The notes beneath the pieces were generated by a model. The model was given only the letters and a program-made list of their open reading frames with translations, made no database searches and had not been told where the DNA came from. From positions 1 to 64,000 of IMG/VR virus record IMGVR_UViG_2703719088_000001: a stretch of DNA of 64,000 bases, one strand, 5' to 3'. The translations under genes were made by a program, and so were the position numbers. This stretch comes from a virus. Lineage: Duplodnaviria > Caudoviricetes. Positions within the stretch are counted from its first letter, which is position 1. The number at the start of each line of letters is the position of its first letter. Of the stretch, positions 38,619 through 48,655 are shown in pieces.

Positions 38619-39045
38619 ACAATACAAACAGATTGAGATCGAGGCCATGGCGGAAAATATTCCCGTATGGGGGTTGAAAGATTTTGTCCGCCATCGCCTT
38701 GAACTCTCTGAGAAACCTGCGGCTGAAAAACCGAAGGTTTACACAAATCCTGCGCAGAATAAAATGACAGCCTACGGGCAGAAAATTGCGTGGGAGAAAA
38801 TAATGGCCGTCCCTGTAAAGGAACGGGTGGTAAAAGTCTGCCGCTGCACATTCATAGAATTGCAGGGCAGGGCAAAGAGAGGTTTTCAAAACCCTGAGCA
38901 GCGGCAGGATTTTCTCCTTGATAGGGAGCGGTTTTTCCTGCGGCTGAAAGAGCGGATGAAAACGCTGAAAATCTCCAAAGAGGACATGATCTCCTGCGGC
39001 CTTTCGTGGGATGATGTCAAGTCCTTCGCCTACCGGGAATTCTGA
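38605..39045 (+). CDS. Hypothetical early protein
   Basis: MISAEQYKQ start overlaps the end of the upstream peptide. Confidence 0.65.
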   Translation: MISAEQYKQIEIEAMAENIPVWGLKDFVRHRLELSEKPAAEKPKVYTNPAQNKMTAYGQKIAWEKIMAVPVKERVVKVCRCTFIELQGRAKRGFQNPEQRQDFLLDRERFFLRLKERMKTLKISKEDMISCGLSWDDVKSFAYREF

Positions 39046-39086
39046 TATTCCCGGCAGGACATTATTAACCCCTAAAAATTACGATT

Positions 39087-39317
39087 ATGACACAAAAAAT
39101 CAGAGGAATTAGGTTTCATAGCCCTGCTCCTACGAAATTGGAATTTGTATGCGTATTGGTTTATATTCTCAGCCGGAAGAAAATTCTCCTGCGCCCTGCA
39201 AGGGAATATGCATTCCGAAGACGCGAAAAATGGCTTGGCCATTGTTGTCTGATTCAGAAGGAACTCGACATATCTCATAAGACAAAATTCTATTGGGATA
39301 TTCCAAATGTTTACTGA
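39087..39317 (+). CDS. Hypothetical early protein
   Basis: Cassette leader plus 76-aa ORF. Confidence 0.65.
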   Translation: MTQKIRGIRFHSPAPTKLEFVCVLVYILSRKKILLRPAREYAFRRREKWLGHCCLIQKELDISHKTKFYWDIPNVY

Positions 39318-39321
39318 TATC

Positions 39322-39466
39322 AGTACGATAATTCTCAAAGTACGAAAAATCAAGCAAGTACGATAAATCATTAAAGTACTACTTTAATAGAAGTACGATA
39401 AATAATTATCTTGCAGGATTTTAGTACGATTATTCCCGTCAGAGCGATTTCTGTCGGGAGTACGAT
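39322..39466 (+). repeat. Tandem array of AGTACGA(T) motifs
   Basis: Copies at 39322, 39339, 39357, 39375 (variant), 39392, 39423 and 39459; the first five are 17-18 bp apart. Confidence 0.85.
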
Positions 39467-39490
39467 TATTAACCCCTAAAATTTATTCTT

Positions 39491-39817
39491 ATGGAAATCT
39501 ACAAGACTACAATCAAAGGATGTGAGGTGAACATGATTTTCACCGGAAAGAATTATTTCTTCCACAATTCCTTTTATGGCTGGCTGGCTATCGCAGAACG
39601 GCAGGAAGGCCACTACGATAAACCGCAGAAATTTGTTCTGTACATCGGAAACCGCCATACACTTGATGGAACGATGACAAATTCTGTTGTTGCTGCAGCA
39701 GTACGGAAATTCATCAGAAAATGTGAGAACAAGTTCGTTGAAACATCATGCGAATTTGTAGAAGAGGAAAAAGATTTGGCAGACGCTTATGTCAAGGTCA
39801 GCTACAAACTACTCTGA
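39491..39817 (+). CDS. Hypothetical early protein
   Basis: Cassette leader plus 108-aa ORF. Confidence 0.7.
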   Translation: MEIYKTTIKGCEVNMIFTGKNYFFHNSFYGWLAIAERQEGHYDKPQKFVLYIGNRHTLDGTMTNSVVAAAVRKFIRKCENKFVETSCEFVEEEKDLADAYVKVSYKLL

Positions 39818-39877
39818 AAGCTAAGGGAGTTTGCAAGAACTCCCGTAGTACGATTATTCACCCTAAAAGAAACGATT

Positions 39878-40165
39878 ATGAGAAAAATTGATGTCCTTAT
39901 TTGGGGAATGAAGCACATTGCGAAAAACCATTCCCTTGAAGCCTCCACGAATTTGTCCGAAGGCGGTGTCTGTATCTTTGGCGGAAATTCCGTGCCGCTG
40001 ACTGCCGATGTCGGATTTCTCTGCGAAGACCTGGGAATTCCGAGGATGTTTGTTGAAGGTTGCTCTTTCGGCATTGACGTGTTCCTGCCGGAGAATTTTG
40101 ACCGCAACGCAGAATTCCGTGGGGATATGATGTGGAAACGGGCGGATGTCGCGCTCGGTATCTGA
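39878..40165 (+). CDS. Hypothetical early protein
   Basis: Cassette leader plus 95-aa ORF. Confidence 0.7.
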   Translation: MRKIDVLIWGMKHIAKNHSLEASTNLSEGGVCIFGGNSVPLTADVGFLCEDLGIPRMFVEGCSFGIDVFLPENFDRNAEFRGDMMWKRADVALGI

Positions 40166-40222
40166 GAAATTCCTGCGGAAATGAATTCCGCAGGAGTACG
40201 ATAAATCCCAAAACAAACAATT

Positions 40223-40513
40223 ATGATAACAAGAAGAAAGGCATTGAGCATCTTCTCAGACGTGACGATGTTCAAGAAGGTTTCGGAGAAAATCCTCTAC
40301 CGGAACAAAAAGGTTTACGTCTTCAAGATGATCCCCTTCAAGGAAAAAGGCTTCAACTACAATTTTCGTGTGAAGGAAACGGAATACGGGGATTATGCGA
40401 CGGTGGATTTTGGTCGCTGGACTCCTTTTTCCTCTCAGATGTGCTGCTCGGATATCTGCGAGGATCATCTGCTGGAAATGATTATCTCCCTCTGCAAACG
40501 GGGAATGCTCTGA
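40223..40513 (+). CDS. Hypothetical early protein
   Basis: Cassette leader plus 96-aa ORF. Confidence 0.7.
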   Translation: MITRRKALSIFSDVTMFKKVSEKILYRNKKVYVFKMIPFKEKGFNYNFRVKETEYGDYATVDFGRWTPFSSQMCCSDICEDHLLEMIISLCKRGML

Positions 40514-40571
40514 GATTTCGGGGGAAATGATTTTCCCCGAAGTACGATTACTAACTCTAAATAAAACAATT

Positions 40572-41246
40572 ATGAAACAAGTGAATGTAAAACTCTACCG
40601 CTTCTCGGAACTCTCCGAAGAGGCGCAGCAGAAAGTCATTGACAGAGAACGTCAGTACGTAGGAGATTTCCTGACATCTTTTTATGCCAAAGAAAGGGAA
40701 GAAACGTTGGAAAAATTCTGCGACATCTTTGGAATTGTCAAGGTGAAAAAATGGGAAGTTCGTGAAGGTTGGCATCGGTACAACCTGGAATTCACCAGCT
40801 GGCCTTTCACAACGTATCACAATGTCGGAATCGATCCCGATGAGGTCTGCGGAAAATACCTCATGCGTTATATGAGGGATTTGATGAAAGACTTCTATGA
40901 ATGGAAATTCTTCTCAACGCATTTTCATACGGATGAGAACGGGAAATTAACCTACAAGAAAAGACATTCAAAAATCACTCTTGTTGAAGACTGCTGCCTT
41001 ACCGGAGTGTGCTACGATTGTGACATCCTTTCTCCGATTTGGGATTGGTACAGAAAGCCTGACTACAAAATCAGCCTCTACGATTTGGTTGATAGTTGTC
41101 TGTATAGTTTTTTCAGAGCATGGGAGCAGGATATTGAGTACTCTTATTCCGATGAAGGTGTGCGTGAAGACCTGCTGGCCAACGAATGCGATGAAGAATA
41201 TTGTGAGGATGGAAGCGTTTTTCGTGGAATTGTCAATGTGGCTTGA
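40572..41246 (+). CDS. Conserved phage early protein (YRFSELSEEAQQKVI family)
   Basis: MKQVNVKLYRFSELSEEAQ start after the cassette leader; CCLTGVCYD motif. Confidence 0.7.
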   Translation: MKQVNVKLYRFSELSEEAQQKVIDRERQYVGDFLTSFYAKEREETLEKFCDIFGIVKVKKWEVREGWHRYNLEFTSWPFTTYHNVGIDPDEVCGKYLMRYMRDLMKDFYEWKFFSTHFHTDENGKLTYKKRHSKITLVEDCCLTGVCYDCDILSPIWDWYRKPDYKISLYDLVDSCLYSFFRAWEQDIEYSYSDEGVREDLLANECDEEYCEDGSVFRGIVNVA

Positions 41247-41305
41247 TAGCTTTCGGGGATGCGAAATCCCCGGGAGTACGATTATTCACCATTAAATTCA
41301 GAATT

Positions 41306-41542
41306 ATGGAGACTATTAAAATTGCTCCGTCCTTGAACGAAATTATTGTAACGAAAAACGGGTTCAAGACCGATTTTGCCGGCGGCATAACCTACGATGC
41401 AGATTTTTCCAAAATCATCAAGAAATATGATGAAACATGGCTGAAGCAACAATTCAGCGCAGCTGTCGCCTTTAGTTCAAAAAGATGGCATCTTGAAAAT
41501 CTTCTCAACGACTTTTTCAAGGTTGAAGGAAAAATCCTTTGA
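41306..41542 (+). CDS. Hypothetical early protein
   Basis: METIKIAPS start after the cassette leader. Confidence 0.65.
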   Translation: METIKIAPSLNEIIVTKNGFKTDFAGGITYDADFSKIIKKYDETWLKQQFSAAVAFSSKRWHLENLLNDFFKVEGKIL

Positions 41543-41599
41543 CATCAAGCAGGGAGCAAAATCCCTGCCTGGCGCTATCAACCCCAAAATAATTTGATT

Positions 41600-41869
41600 A
41601 TGAGAACAACGAGAACGCTCAGACACTGGGCGAACACGACAAGCTACATGGCTTGTCAGAACACCAACGGGAAATATGCAGAAGAAGAGTATAAAAAACT
41701 GAAATCCGAACAATTTTCCGATTACGTTGAACTTCCATGGTGGAAAACCTTTCGGGATGAGCCGAAATCTTTCAATCGTCCGAAGCTTATCATCAAGGCA
41801 TGGTATTGGAGAGGTGCCTGGTGTGATCCGACAAAGGAAATCTATAGACGGCTGTATCTCCCCGCTTAA
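41600..41869 (+). CDS. Hypothetical early protein
   Basis: Cassette leader plus ORF. Confidence 0.65.
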   Translation: MRTTRTLRHWANTTSYMACQNTNGKYAEEEYKKLKSEQFSDYVELPWWKTFRDEPKSFNRPKLIIKAWYWRGAWCDPTKEIYRRLYLPA

Positions 41870-42012
41870 AATCTCTTCTGAAACGATTTGGAATTTTCTG
41901 TGTGGATTTTCTTGTCTGAAACATCAAAATCGCAGGAAAAGCCATTTCTGAAAGTTGTAGGGGTATTCTACAATTCCCTGCAACACCACACTAACTCAAA
42001 AATTCAACAACT

Positions 42013-42441
42013 ATGGAAAAAGAATTCATGAACAGAGCTCGGATGGAAGAAAAAATCCGAACTATCCTAAAAGGCTGCATTGAAAATCCGGAAGAGTACG
42101 AAGATTTAATAGAAGACGAGGCTTTTCGCCTGTCTAATAACTTCTGCCGAGATATGAGAACGTACTGCCAAATGATTGACACGCATATTGCTGGAAACTT
42201 CTGCGATATTCGTAATGATTGGAATCATTGTCCTGAGTTTATACCCAGCGATGTTAAGCCATGGGGTAGATTTGATGATGTTGTTTCAAGCATTGTCAAT
42301 GGCACGATTTCCGACGAAGACTTGGCCAAGTTCCAGCAGTGGGCGGAAGATTGGTTCTTCACCGCATTTGGCACGTATGGGATAGCCTACAACTTTCAGA
42401 ATCTTGTCGCAGCAGTGGAATACGAAGACGATATCGAATGA
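42013..42441 (+). CDS. Acidic hypothetical early protein
   Basis: Cassette leader plus 142-aa D/E-rich ORF. Confidence 0.7.
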   Translation: MEKEFMNRARMEEKIRTILKGCIENPEEYEDLIEDEAFRLSNNFCRDMRTYCQMIDTHIAGNFCDIRNDWNHCPEFIPSDVKPWGRFDDVVSSIVNGTISDEDLAKFQQWAEDWFFTAFGTYGIAYNFQNLVAAVEYEDDIE

Positions 42442-42502
42442 GGCATTTCCGCAGGATATTGCAATTCTGCGGAAAGCACTACTAACCATAAATATTTCAG
42501 TT

Positions 42503-42778
42503 ATGAGAACAACAACTTTTGACGCCTGGAAATACGGGTGTTTTGATTTTCAGATGACAGAGCATGATGCACATTTGTGTTATCACCAAGGTCAGTGTGA
42601 CGATGACGTGGAAAGAGTAATGCAACTTGACTACATCAAAAAACAACTTGCTGAAATCTCCACTGATGCGATGGTTGAGGCCATTAGTGAATATGGCCCC
42701 GATCTTGCTTCGGCTGATAGGCACGAAATTGAAATGTTCATAGTGTGGATTGCAGCCGGAAATATCGTTGATGAATGA
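42503..42778 (+). CDS. Acidic hypothetical early protein
   Basis: MRTTTFDAW start after the cassette leader. Confidence 0.7.
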   Translation: MRTTTFDAWKYGCFDFQMTEHDAHLCYHQGQCDDDVERVMQLDYIKKQLAEISTDAMVEAISEYGPDLASADRHEIEMFIVWIAAGNIVDE

Positions 42779-42853
42779 TAGCCTATGATTTTCTCCCACA
42801 GAATTCAACTATTCTGTGGGGAGACAAACTACTAACCAATAAATTCAAAGACT

Positions 42854-43036
42854 ATGACAATCGTACACGTAAGGCCGGACTATATAGACCGGCATGAACT
42901 AAGCGAGTGGGAGAGAATGACTCTCTGGGGTATTTCGCAGGAAGAAGGAGTGGAGTTTTACACTCCGCTGGCTTTCCAGGACGCTTTCAATGACGATATG
43001 ATAAGCGATCTGGGATATATCTTCTTCTTTGACTGA
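42854..43036 (+). CDS. Small acidic early protein
   Basis: Cassette leader plus 60-aa ORF. Confidence 0.65.
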   Translation: MTIVHVRPDYIDRHELSEWERMTLWGISQEEGVEFYTPLAFQDAFNDDMISDLGYIFFFD

Positions 43037-43114
43037 ATGTTTCTTGTTTCTCATAATTGTTTCGGGCGCAGCGGAAGTGATTCGGCTGCGCCTACGATGT
43101 TTAACCTTTCAATT

Positions 43115-43349
43115 ATGAATTAACGAACTTTCTTCTTTCTATACTCAGGCATTGGTTTGGGTTGGAGATGCAATCCGTGGAAATAAAAGCCAGCATTTTT
43201 GGTGCGATGGTGCGTATTGTTGGTACACTGACGAAACGCAGACACATATACAAAGTGTTTGGGTGACGAGAAAAGGTGTTCTAATGTTTAAAGATATTAC
43301 CAATTCCCAAGAAACCAGGAGATTGTATCGTGTTGAATTCAATCGCTGA
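43115..43349 (+). pseudogene. Cassette ORF apparently frameshifted directly after its ATG
   Basis: The leader points to ATG 43115, which reads ATG AAT TAA. A one-base shift opens NELSSFYTQALVWVGDA...FNR. Confidence 0.45.
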
Positions 43350-43410
43350 AAAGCTATGGGAGAACGATTTCTCCCATAGCTACCATTGTCTAACACTAAA
43401 ATTCACTATT

Positions 43411-43923
43411 ATGGAAGAAGAAATTTTATTAGAAGAACTTACCAAGAACTGCAACGAAAAGAAAGAGAAAGTTCTGGAGTTGTTAAAGGCTTTTGACTTG
43501 GCAGAACTTGGAAGTGAAATTCAGCGTCAACAATTCAAGGACATCGAAAACAAAGTCCTGAAAGAAAATGTTTTCCTCTGCGGACGTCCAGAAGTAAAAG
43601 TAAGATGTGACGACCAACCGATTTTCGGTGAGCGTATCACAGACGAAAAATGGAGTTTTCTTTTGTCTGACGATGATTTTGACAGATTGCAGTCACTTAT
43701 GCTTCCTCTTTACGTTGAAGCTAACCTGACGGACGAAAAAGGCTATTACGTCACGAATTGGGACATGATAGCCTGCGACGCGAGACGTGAACTTGTGGAA
43801 TACATCATCATCGAGGTTATTCCATCTGCATTTCGTAAACTTTTCTGGGAGAATCGTGACAGAATCGTTTTTCAGGAAAAACTTATCAAAATCACGAAAG
43901 GAGCGTTTGGAGTTGCTGCCTGA
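43411..43923 (+). CDS. Hypothetical early protein
   Basis: MEEEILLEEL start after a hairpin and leader. Confidence 0.7.
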   Translation: MEEEILLEELTKNCNEKKEKVLELLKAFDLAELGSEIQRQQFKDIENKVLKENVFLCGRPEVKVRCDDQPIFGERITDEKWSFLLSDDDFDRLQSLMLPLYVEANLTDEKGYYVTNWDMIACDARRELVEYIIIEVIPSAFRKLFWENRDRIVFQEKLIKITKGAFGVAA

Positions 43924-43985
43924 AAGATTCGGGGAAGTTAATTCTTCCCTGAGTCGCTTATGTTTCACTTAAATAAAACACAATT

Positions 43986-44243
43986 ATGCTAACAAGAGAT
44001 TATTTATTAAAGATTGGTTTCAAGCACGATACTTGTAGCCCGACAACCGTAGATGATTATTTCAAGAAAGAAAATCCTAATGGTGGTTATATTTCTGTAA
44101 GATTTAAGCCTAACAAGGAAACTGCTGTAGGTCTTTATGCTTATTCAGAGAAAGAACATATCAATATCAGAAAAGTTGTTCTTTCAGATACAAACGTAAC
44201 TATCCGTGATTTCGAGATAGCAAAGGAAATTTGCAATCTCTAA
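43986..44243 (+). CDS. Hypothetical early protein
   Basis: Cassette leader plus 85-aa ORF. Confidence 0.7.
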   Translation: MLTRDYLLKIGFKHDTCSPTTVDDYFKKENPNGGYISVRFKPNKETAVGLYAYSEKEHINIRKVVLSDTNVTIRDFEIAKEICNL

Positions 44244-44288
44244 CCGCTTTGCAGGGAGAGCACCCCTGCGGAGTACGATACAAATTCA

Positions 44289-44558
44289 ATGAATATGAAA
44301 GTAAATATGAACAATGCTATTGAAGTAGCAAGACTAAAAAGTCAAATCACAGGATTTCTGACAGGTTCTTTAATCAATGAACATCAACCAATCCCATACC
44401 GTATGGATGATTTGACTGAGAAGGGAGCAAACTACACTGTTTTAGTTCCTAAAAAGTGGAAAGAGTTCTTTTCTGAAAGGAATCTCAGGCAAGAACTGAG
44501 AAACGAAGTTGATGCAGACAAAATCACTATTGAATATGTTGATTTTGTTAAAGAGTGA
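44289..44558 (+). CDS. Hypothetical early protein
   Basis: Hairpin-AGTACGAT plus 89-aa ORF. Confidence 0.65.
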   Translation: MNMKVNMNNAIEVARLKSQITGFLTGSLINEHQPIPYRMDDLTEKGANYTVLVPKKWKEFFSERNLRQELRNEVDADKITIEYVDFVKE

Positions 44559-44623
44559 CTTTGCGGGAATCAGCTTTCCCGCGAAGTAAGAATTTTATGT
44601 CTAACCCTTAAACTCAATAGATT

Positions 44624-44773
44624 ATGACAGACGGAGAAAAAGCAACTGCATTGCTAAACTATCTTGAAACAGAATGTGATAGCAAAACTGCAGTAAGAGT
44701 TCTTGAAGATTTGATTGAAGACGAGCCTCTTGCTCGTAGGTATGACGAACTTGTAGAAGAAGGAATACTCTGA
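44624..44773 (+). CDS. 49-aa acidic peptide (below the ORF-track cutoff)
   Basis: MTDGEKATALLNYLETECDSKTAVRVLEDLIEDEPLARRYDELVEEGIL, lying between two hairpins. Confidence 0.65.
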   Translation: MTDGEKATALLNYLETECDSKTAVRVLEDLIEDEPLARRYDELVEEGIL

Positions 44774-44835
44774 TACCTCTACCCGGACACGACAATCCGG
44801 GTGGAAACCATGTTTAACCCTTAAACTCAAAGATT

Positions 44836-45102
44836 ATGCTATCAGAAGAACAAATCAAAATCAGAATTAATGATGCAGAAGAAGCAATTGAGAAATGCGG
44901 TCAGTACATAAACTATCGTGCGGAAGACATTCTTTCATTTTCTGACATAGAAAGAATCTGCGAACATTTCAGAGGCCGTTGCCACGCAAAGATTAATTAT
45001 TTTATTGACAGAAGAAAACCATATCAATGCTTTATAATTCAGAAATATCGCTTTGATATGAGCAAAGTCGGAAGAATGATTACGTCTGAAATCCTTTTTT
45101 AG
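44836..45102 (+). CDS. Hypothetical early protein
   Basis: Cassette leader plus 88-aa ORF. Confidence 0.65.
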   Translation: MLSEEQIKIRINDAEEAIEKCGQYINYRAEDILSFSDIERICEHFRGRCHAKINYFIDRRKPYQCFIIQKYRFDMSKVGRMITSEILF

Positions 45103-45184
45103 CACTCTTGTGACGATGAAGAATGACGTATTCTCAGGCTGATAGCGATATCAGCCTGAGATCAAATGTTTAACCCTTAAACTC

Positions 45185-45379
45185 ATGATTATGACTAAGA
45201 CTACTTATGTGACTATCCGTATTGACTATGAGTACAACGGAGAAGTCAACTACGGAGATGAAAACGAAATTTGCGCCATGGCCGCTGATTTGGTTGTGGA
45301 ACGTGCTTTGGCACACAGCCACACCATTGAAAACGGAATCATCATTGACAATATTGAAAACTGCGGTGTTAATATGTAA
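45185..45379 (+). CDS. Small acidic early protein
   Basis: Cassette leader plus 64-aa ORF. Confidence 0.65.
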   Translation: MIMTKTTYVTIRIDYEYNGEVNYGDENEICAMAADLVVERALAHSHTIENGIIIDNIENCGVNM

Positions 45380-45383
45380 ATCT

Positions 45384-45566
45384 ATGTGGACAATTCAATG
45401 TATGGGAATGACATTTGCATCGTGTCATTTCAAGGAATTTGCAGAATTGGGATTGAAATCCTTTCCTAATGGAATGGGAGCAAAGGTTGTGCGGTGTAGA
45501 TTCTCCCAGCCGACATTTACGATTTCTCATGAAAGAAATCTTCTTAATCTTCTGAGGGTGCAATAA
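45384..45566 (+). CDS. Hypothetical 60-aa protein
   Basis: MWTIQCMG ATG lies 4 nt after the previous stop; the ORF ends inside the next hairpin. Confidence 0.5.
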   Translation: MWTIQCMGMTFASCHFKEFAELGLKSFPNGMGAKVVRCRFSQPTFTISHERNLLNLLRVQ

Positions 45567-45609
45567 CCCTCGGAAGAGCCATTGTTTAACCCTAAAAAAA
45601 ATAACCATT

Positions 45610-45948
45610 ATGCCACTTACAGCAGATTACAAGCATCAGATTGGAGAGATTACGCTCTCACAGATGATTAATGGAAAGAAAGTACAATTCAAATTCGGGA
45701 TATTCCAAAGCAATGCATTTGCTGCCATCGTTTACAGAGGAAAAGAGAAGAGTACTCTGTACAACTTTGTTGGTGGCAAGGAACACGCTGACAATATGAT
45801 TAAGAACAAAGTACATTTCTTTGGAGATGCTGAGGTACACGAAATCAAACTGAACTCCGCTTACAAAGAAAGCAGTGTCCTCATAAATTTCTTCACCCGT
45901 CTCGGCTACGAGGTGAAAAGCTACTACGACAAACCAAGAAATAAGTAG
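45610..45948 (+). CDS. Hypothetical early protein
   Basis: Cassette leader plus 112-aa ORF. Confidence 0.7.
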   Translation: MPLTADYKHQIGEITLSQMINGKKVQFKFGIFQSNAFAAIVYRGKEKSTLYNFVGGKEHADNMIKNKVHFFGDAEVHEIKLNSAYKESSVLINFFTRLGYEVKSYYDKPRNK

Positions 45949-46017
45949 TGATACAAATCCCTGCATGAAACAATACTCATGCAGGGTGCTTCATGTTTAA
46001 CCCTAAGAATAACGATT

Positions 46018-46476
46018 ATGAAAGTAGCAACTATTATCACAGAAATCGATCACGAAGACTTGGTTAATTTGTTTTCCACAGCAATCTATGGAAGCAACTT
46101 TTTTGATATCGGATATGATGAAAAAGATTACTATGGTACAGAGTTGGAATCCCGAAACGATTGCATAGAAGACAAGTGTGCAAAACTGCTGCTCGCAGGA
46201 AAAGCAATCTTTGTCTTTGATGCCTACGCAGAGGATGAAGATGAATTTTATGGGAAATTCAATCATGAATGGATAAATGGTGACGATGGAATTGGAATGA
46301 AATACACCATCAATCTTGAAAACATCAAGGACGGCATTCAAAAATGTCTTGAAGGAGAAAACAATTGGCTCAGAGATTGTGCAAAGCATCTGATGTATGA
46401 ACCTTATGCTCTTGACCTGCCTGAGGCAGAGGCCATCTTGCAGAAGATTGTTTTCGGTGAACTCATCTACGGATGA
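46018..46476 (+). CDS. Acidic hypothetical early protein
   Basis: MKVATIITE start after the cassette leader. Confidence 0.7.
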   Translation: MKVATIITEIDHEDLVNLFSTAIYGSNFFDIGYDEKDYYGTELESRNDCIEDKCAKLLLAGKAIFVFDAYAEDEDEFYGKFNHEWINGDDGIGMKYTINLENIKDGIQKCLEGENNWLRDCAKHLMYEPYALDLPEAEAILQKIVFGELIYG

Positions 46477-46580
46477 CAATATCGCTTCGGTGGAATAATA
46501 TCCACCAAGGCAGCTGTGGTGGCCACTCTGATTCGCGTCAGGGTGGCCTTCTTTTATGTTTCACTTAAAACTTTAAAATT

Positions 46581-46811
46581 ATGACAGACAAAATCATTCA
46601 CATCGACGCATTAGAGGTAGCCAGAAGGTTCGGTTATCTTATTGCAGGGAAGGGCAAATTCTCAGGATTGGAGTTTGCCAAGAGAATTATTCGCAGTGAC
46701 AAAGATTGCAAGTCACATCGTGAAACTTGTGCATCTTCTGTTGCATCCTCTGTTTATGAAATACAGATTTGTGGCATAACTGGTTGTTGCATGGTAACAG
46801 AGATTCTTTGA
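46581..46811 (+). CDS. Hypothetical early protein
   Basis: Double hairpin plus leader plus 76-aa ORF. Confidence 0.6.
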   Translation: MTDKIIHIDALEVARRFGYLIAGKGKFSGLEFAKRIIRSDKDCKSHRETCASSVASSVYEIQICGITGCCMVTEIL

Positions 46812-46816
46812 TAGTT

Positions 46817-47113
46817 ATGAGTTGGAAACCATGTAGAGGAAGCGGAATCATGTTTGACAATGCTTTCAATAGGGAAATGAAGTATCGTAGTCTTTTGATA
46901 GATTACAAATACAAGCCAGTCGGATTTATGCAACATTCCAAGACATATTATCATTGGCTGGTTGCAGAAAGGGATTTGCAAAAGATCAACTTCCCAAGTT
47001 CAGCAATGTCACTTGAACAACTCTATGGGCAGATAATACCACCATCAACCCTCCAGAGTCTTGAGCAGCATAAGCATCTTTGCTACAAACCACTGCAAAG
47101 ACTTATGCCTTAG
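46817..47113 (+). CDS. Hypothetical protein
   Basis: ATG 5 nt after the previous stop; start uncertain. Confidence 0.4.
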   Translation: MSWKPCRGSGIMFDNAFNREMKYRSLLIDYKYKPVGFMQHSKTYYHWLVAERDLQKINFPSSAMSLEQLYGQIIPPSTLQSLEQHKHLCYKPLQRLMP

Positions 47114-47171
47114 TTACAAAGAGTTGGGCTTAACAATCCAACTCTTTACTATTCACCAAAACATTAAAATT

Positions 47172-47405
47172 ATGGAACTATCATGGATTGCAAAAGAAAT
47201 TTTAAAAAATGCCATCTGCCAACTGGAAGATGCCGATTACGAAAACAATGCACGACTTTTTATTGGCGAGACAATGATTCTTATTGACAAAGATGATTTT
47301 GAGGAACTGAAAAAAGACATTCTTAACTTTGACCAAGAATGTGATGACGACATTAAAGAAAAACGTTTTGAAGACATTGTTTCTATACAGACTGAGGTTG
47401 TGTAA
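47172..47405 (+). CDS. Small acidic early protein
   Basis: ATTCACC-A-rich leader; MELSWIAKE start. Confidence 0.65.
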   Translation: MELSWIAKEILKNAICQLEDADYENNARLFIGETMILIDKDDFEELKKDILNFDQECDDDIKEKRFEDIVSIQTEVV

Positions 47406-47444
47406 TAACGACCTCAATCGCTATTCACCAAAAATTCAACAATT

Positions 47445-47666
47445 ATGCTACCACTTTACAAGTTCCAAACCAACTACAAGGGATGTTTGTATGAAAAGAA
47501 ACTCTTCGGAAACAACCGTAGAGAAATGACTGAGCATTTTAAAGGATGGATTGACTGGCTTGACAGAACTGTCAGTGAGTACAACATCTATGTAAGAAGT
47601 GCTTATACTAAAGTTATCTTTTCCATCAACGGAAAGAAATATAGAGCGGAGTGGATAACCTATTAG
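47445..47666 (+). CDS. Hypothetical early protein
   Basis: ATTCACC leader plus 73-aa ORF. Confidence 0.65.
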   Translation: MLPLYKFQTNYKGCLYEKKLFGNNRREMTEHFKGWIDWLDRTVSEYNIYVRSAYTKVIFSINGKKYRAEWITY

Positions 47667-47728
47667 CTCTTAGCCATGCTTAAAGCATAATTTAAGCATG
47701 GTACAAATTCACCAAAAATTCAATAATT

Positions 47729-48268
47729 ATGGAAAAGTATTTAATCAGACTATGCAAGGCGATTCTTGAAGACAGATTCAACGATGAGAATTACAGAAGA
47801 AGAAATTCGTGGTATGGTCGTGAAATCGAGACACAGCCATTGTTCTGTTCCTATGGAACAATCGGATTCACCGTTTCTGTCTATGACTTGAACGGAAGTC
47901 ATTTCTGTGATGTAGAATGGGATGGAGATTTAGGTAAGCTCACCATTGATGAAGAACCGTGGAGAGACTACATCAACGAACTTTGCCTTGAAGATTTTGA
48001 CATTACATCTAATGGTGACGGAGAACTTGAGTGTTATACCGATGCAGGCGAAGACATGATAATCTCACTTGACAAAGTTCGGAAAGAGAATTTGCAAAGG
48101 TACATTGACGATTTCGACATTAACGAGGAGGTTCTTATATGGTGGCAAAACGGAATTGAGTATGCCAAAAAGAAAAAAGTGCCTTTCGACAATGTGAAAG
48201 AGCATTACGAGGACTACGAAGCATATCTTAAAAAGTTACAAAAAGCCTGTAATAAAATGCCGTTCTAA
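47729..48268 (+). CDS. Acidic hypothetical early protein
   Basis: Hairpin-GGTAC leader plus 179-aa ORF. Confidence 0.7.
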   Translation: MEKYLIRLCKAILEDRFNDENYRRRNSWYGREIETQPLFCSYGTIGFTVSVYDLNGSHFCDVEWDGDLGKLTIDEEPWRDYINELCLEDFDITSNGDGELECYTDAGEDMIISLDKVRKENLQRYIDDFDINEEVLIWWQNGIEYAKKKKVPFDNVKEHYEDYEAYLKKLQKACNKMPF

Positions 48269-48338
48269 CATCTATTCAACTCCCTACGTATCAGAAAACG
48301 TAGAGAGTACCATATTCACCAATAAAACTCAAATGATT

Positions 48339-48580
48339 ATGGAAATTATTAAGTACAAATGCTTTAAAATCGAGACCGTCCCTGCTGGCTATTCTGCATG
48401 GGGCAAAAGTCCGTTACTAAATAAACTATGCTTGGTATGACGGAAATAAAGAGCAAGAAAAAACTGAACGAAGAATATCTCAAGCAGGATTTTTTCGAAC
48501 ATGAATTAAGTAATGGAAGGGTTATCATGGTTAGTATGGATCATAGATATTTCTATCGTCCTGAGTACTTTGATGATTGA
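48339..48580 (+). pseudogene. Cassette ORF split into a 33-aa and a 50-aa frame
   Basis: MEIIKYKC...LCLV* overlaps MLGMTEIK...EYFDD*; either one frameshifted gene or two minigenes. Confidence 0.4.
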
Positions 48581-48655
48581 TTGGCCTCACCCTTTGCTGG
48601 CTCTACAACCAGCGAAGGTGCTATGTATTAATCCTAACTATTAATTTCAACAACT

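Noticed and set aside
39322-39466. Possible CRISPR mini-array
   Set aside because: The repeats are only 8-13 nt and the spacers about 9 nt, far too short, with no leader. No true CRISPR array was seen anywhere in the window.
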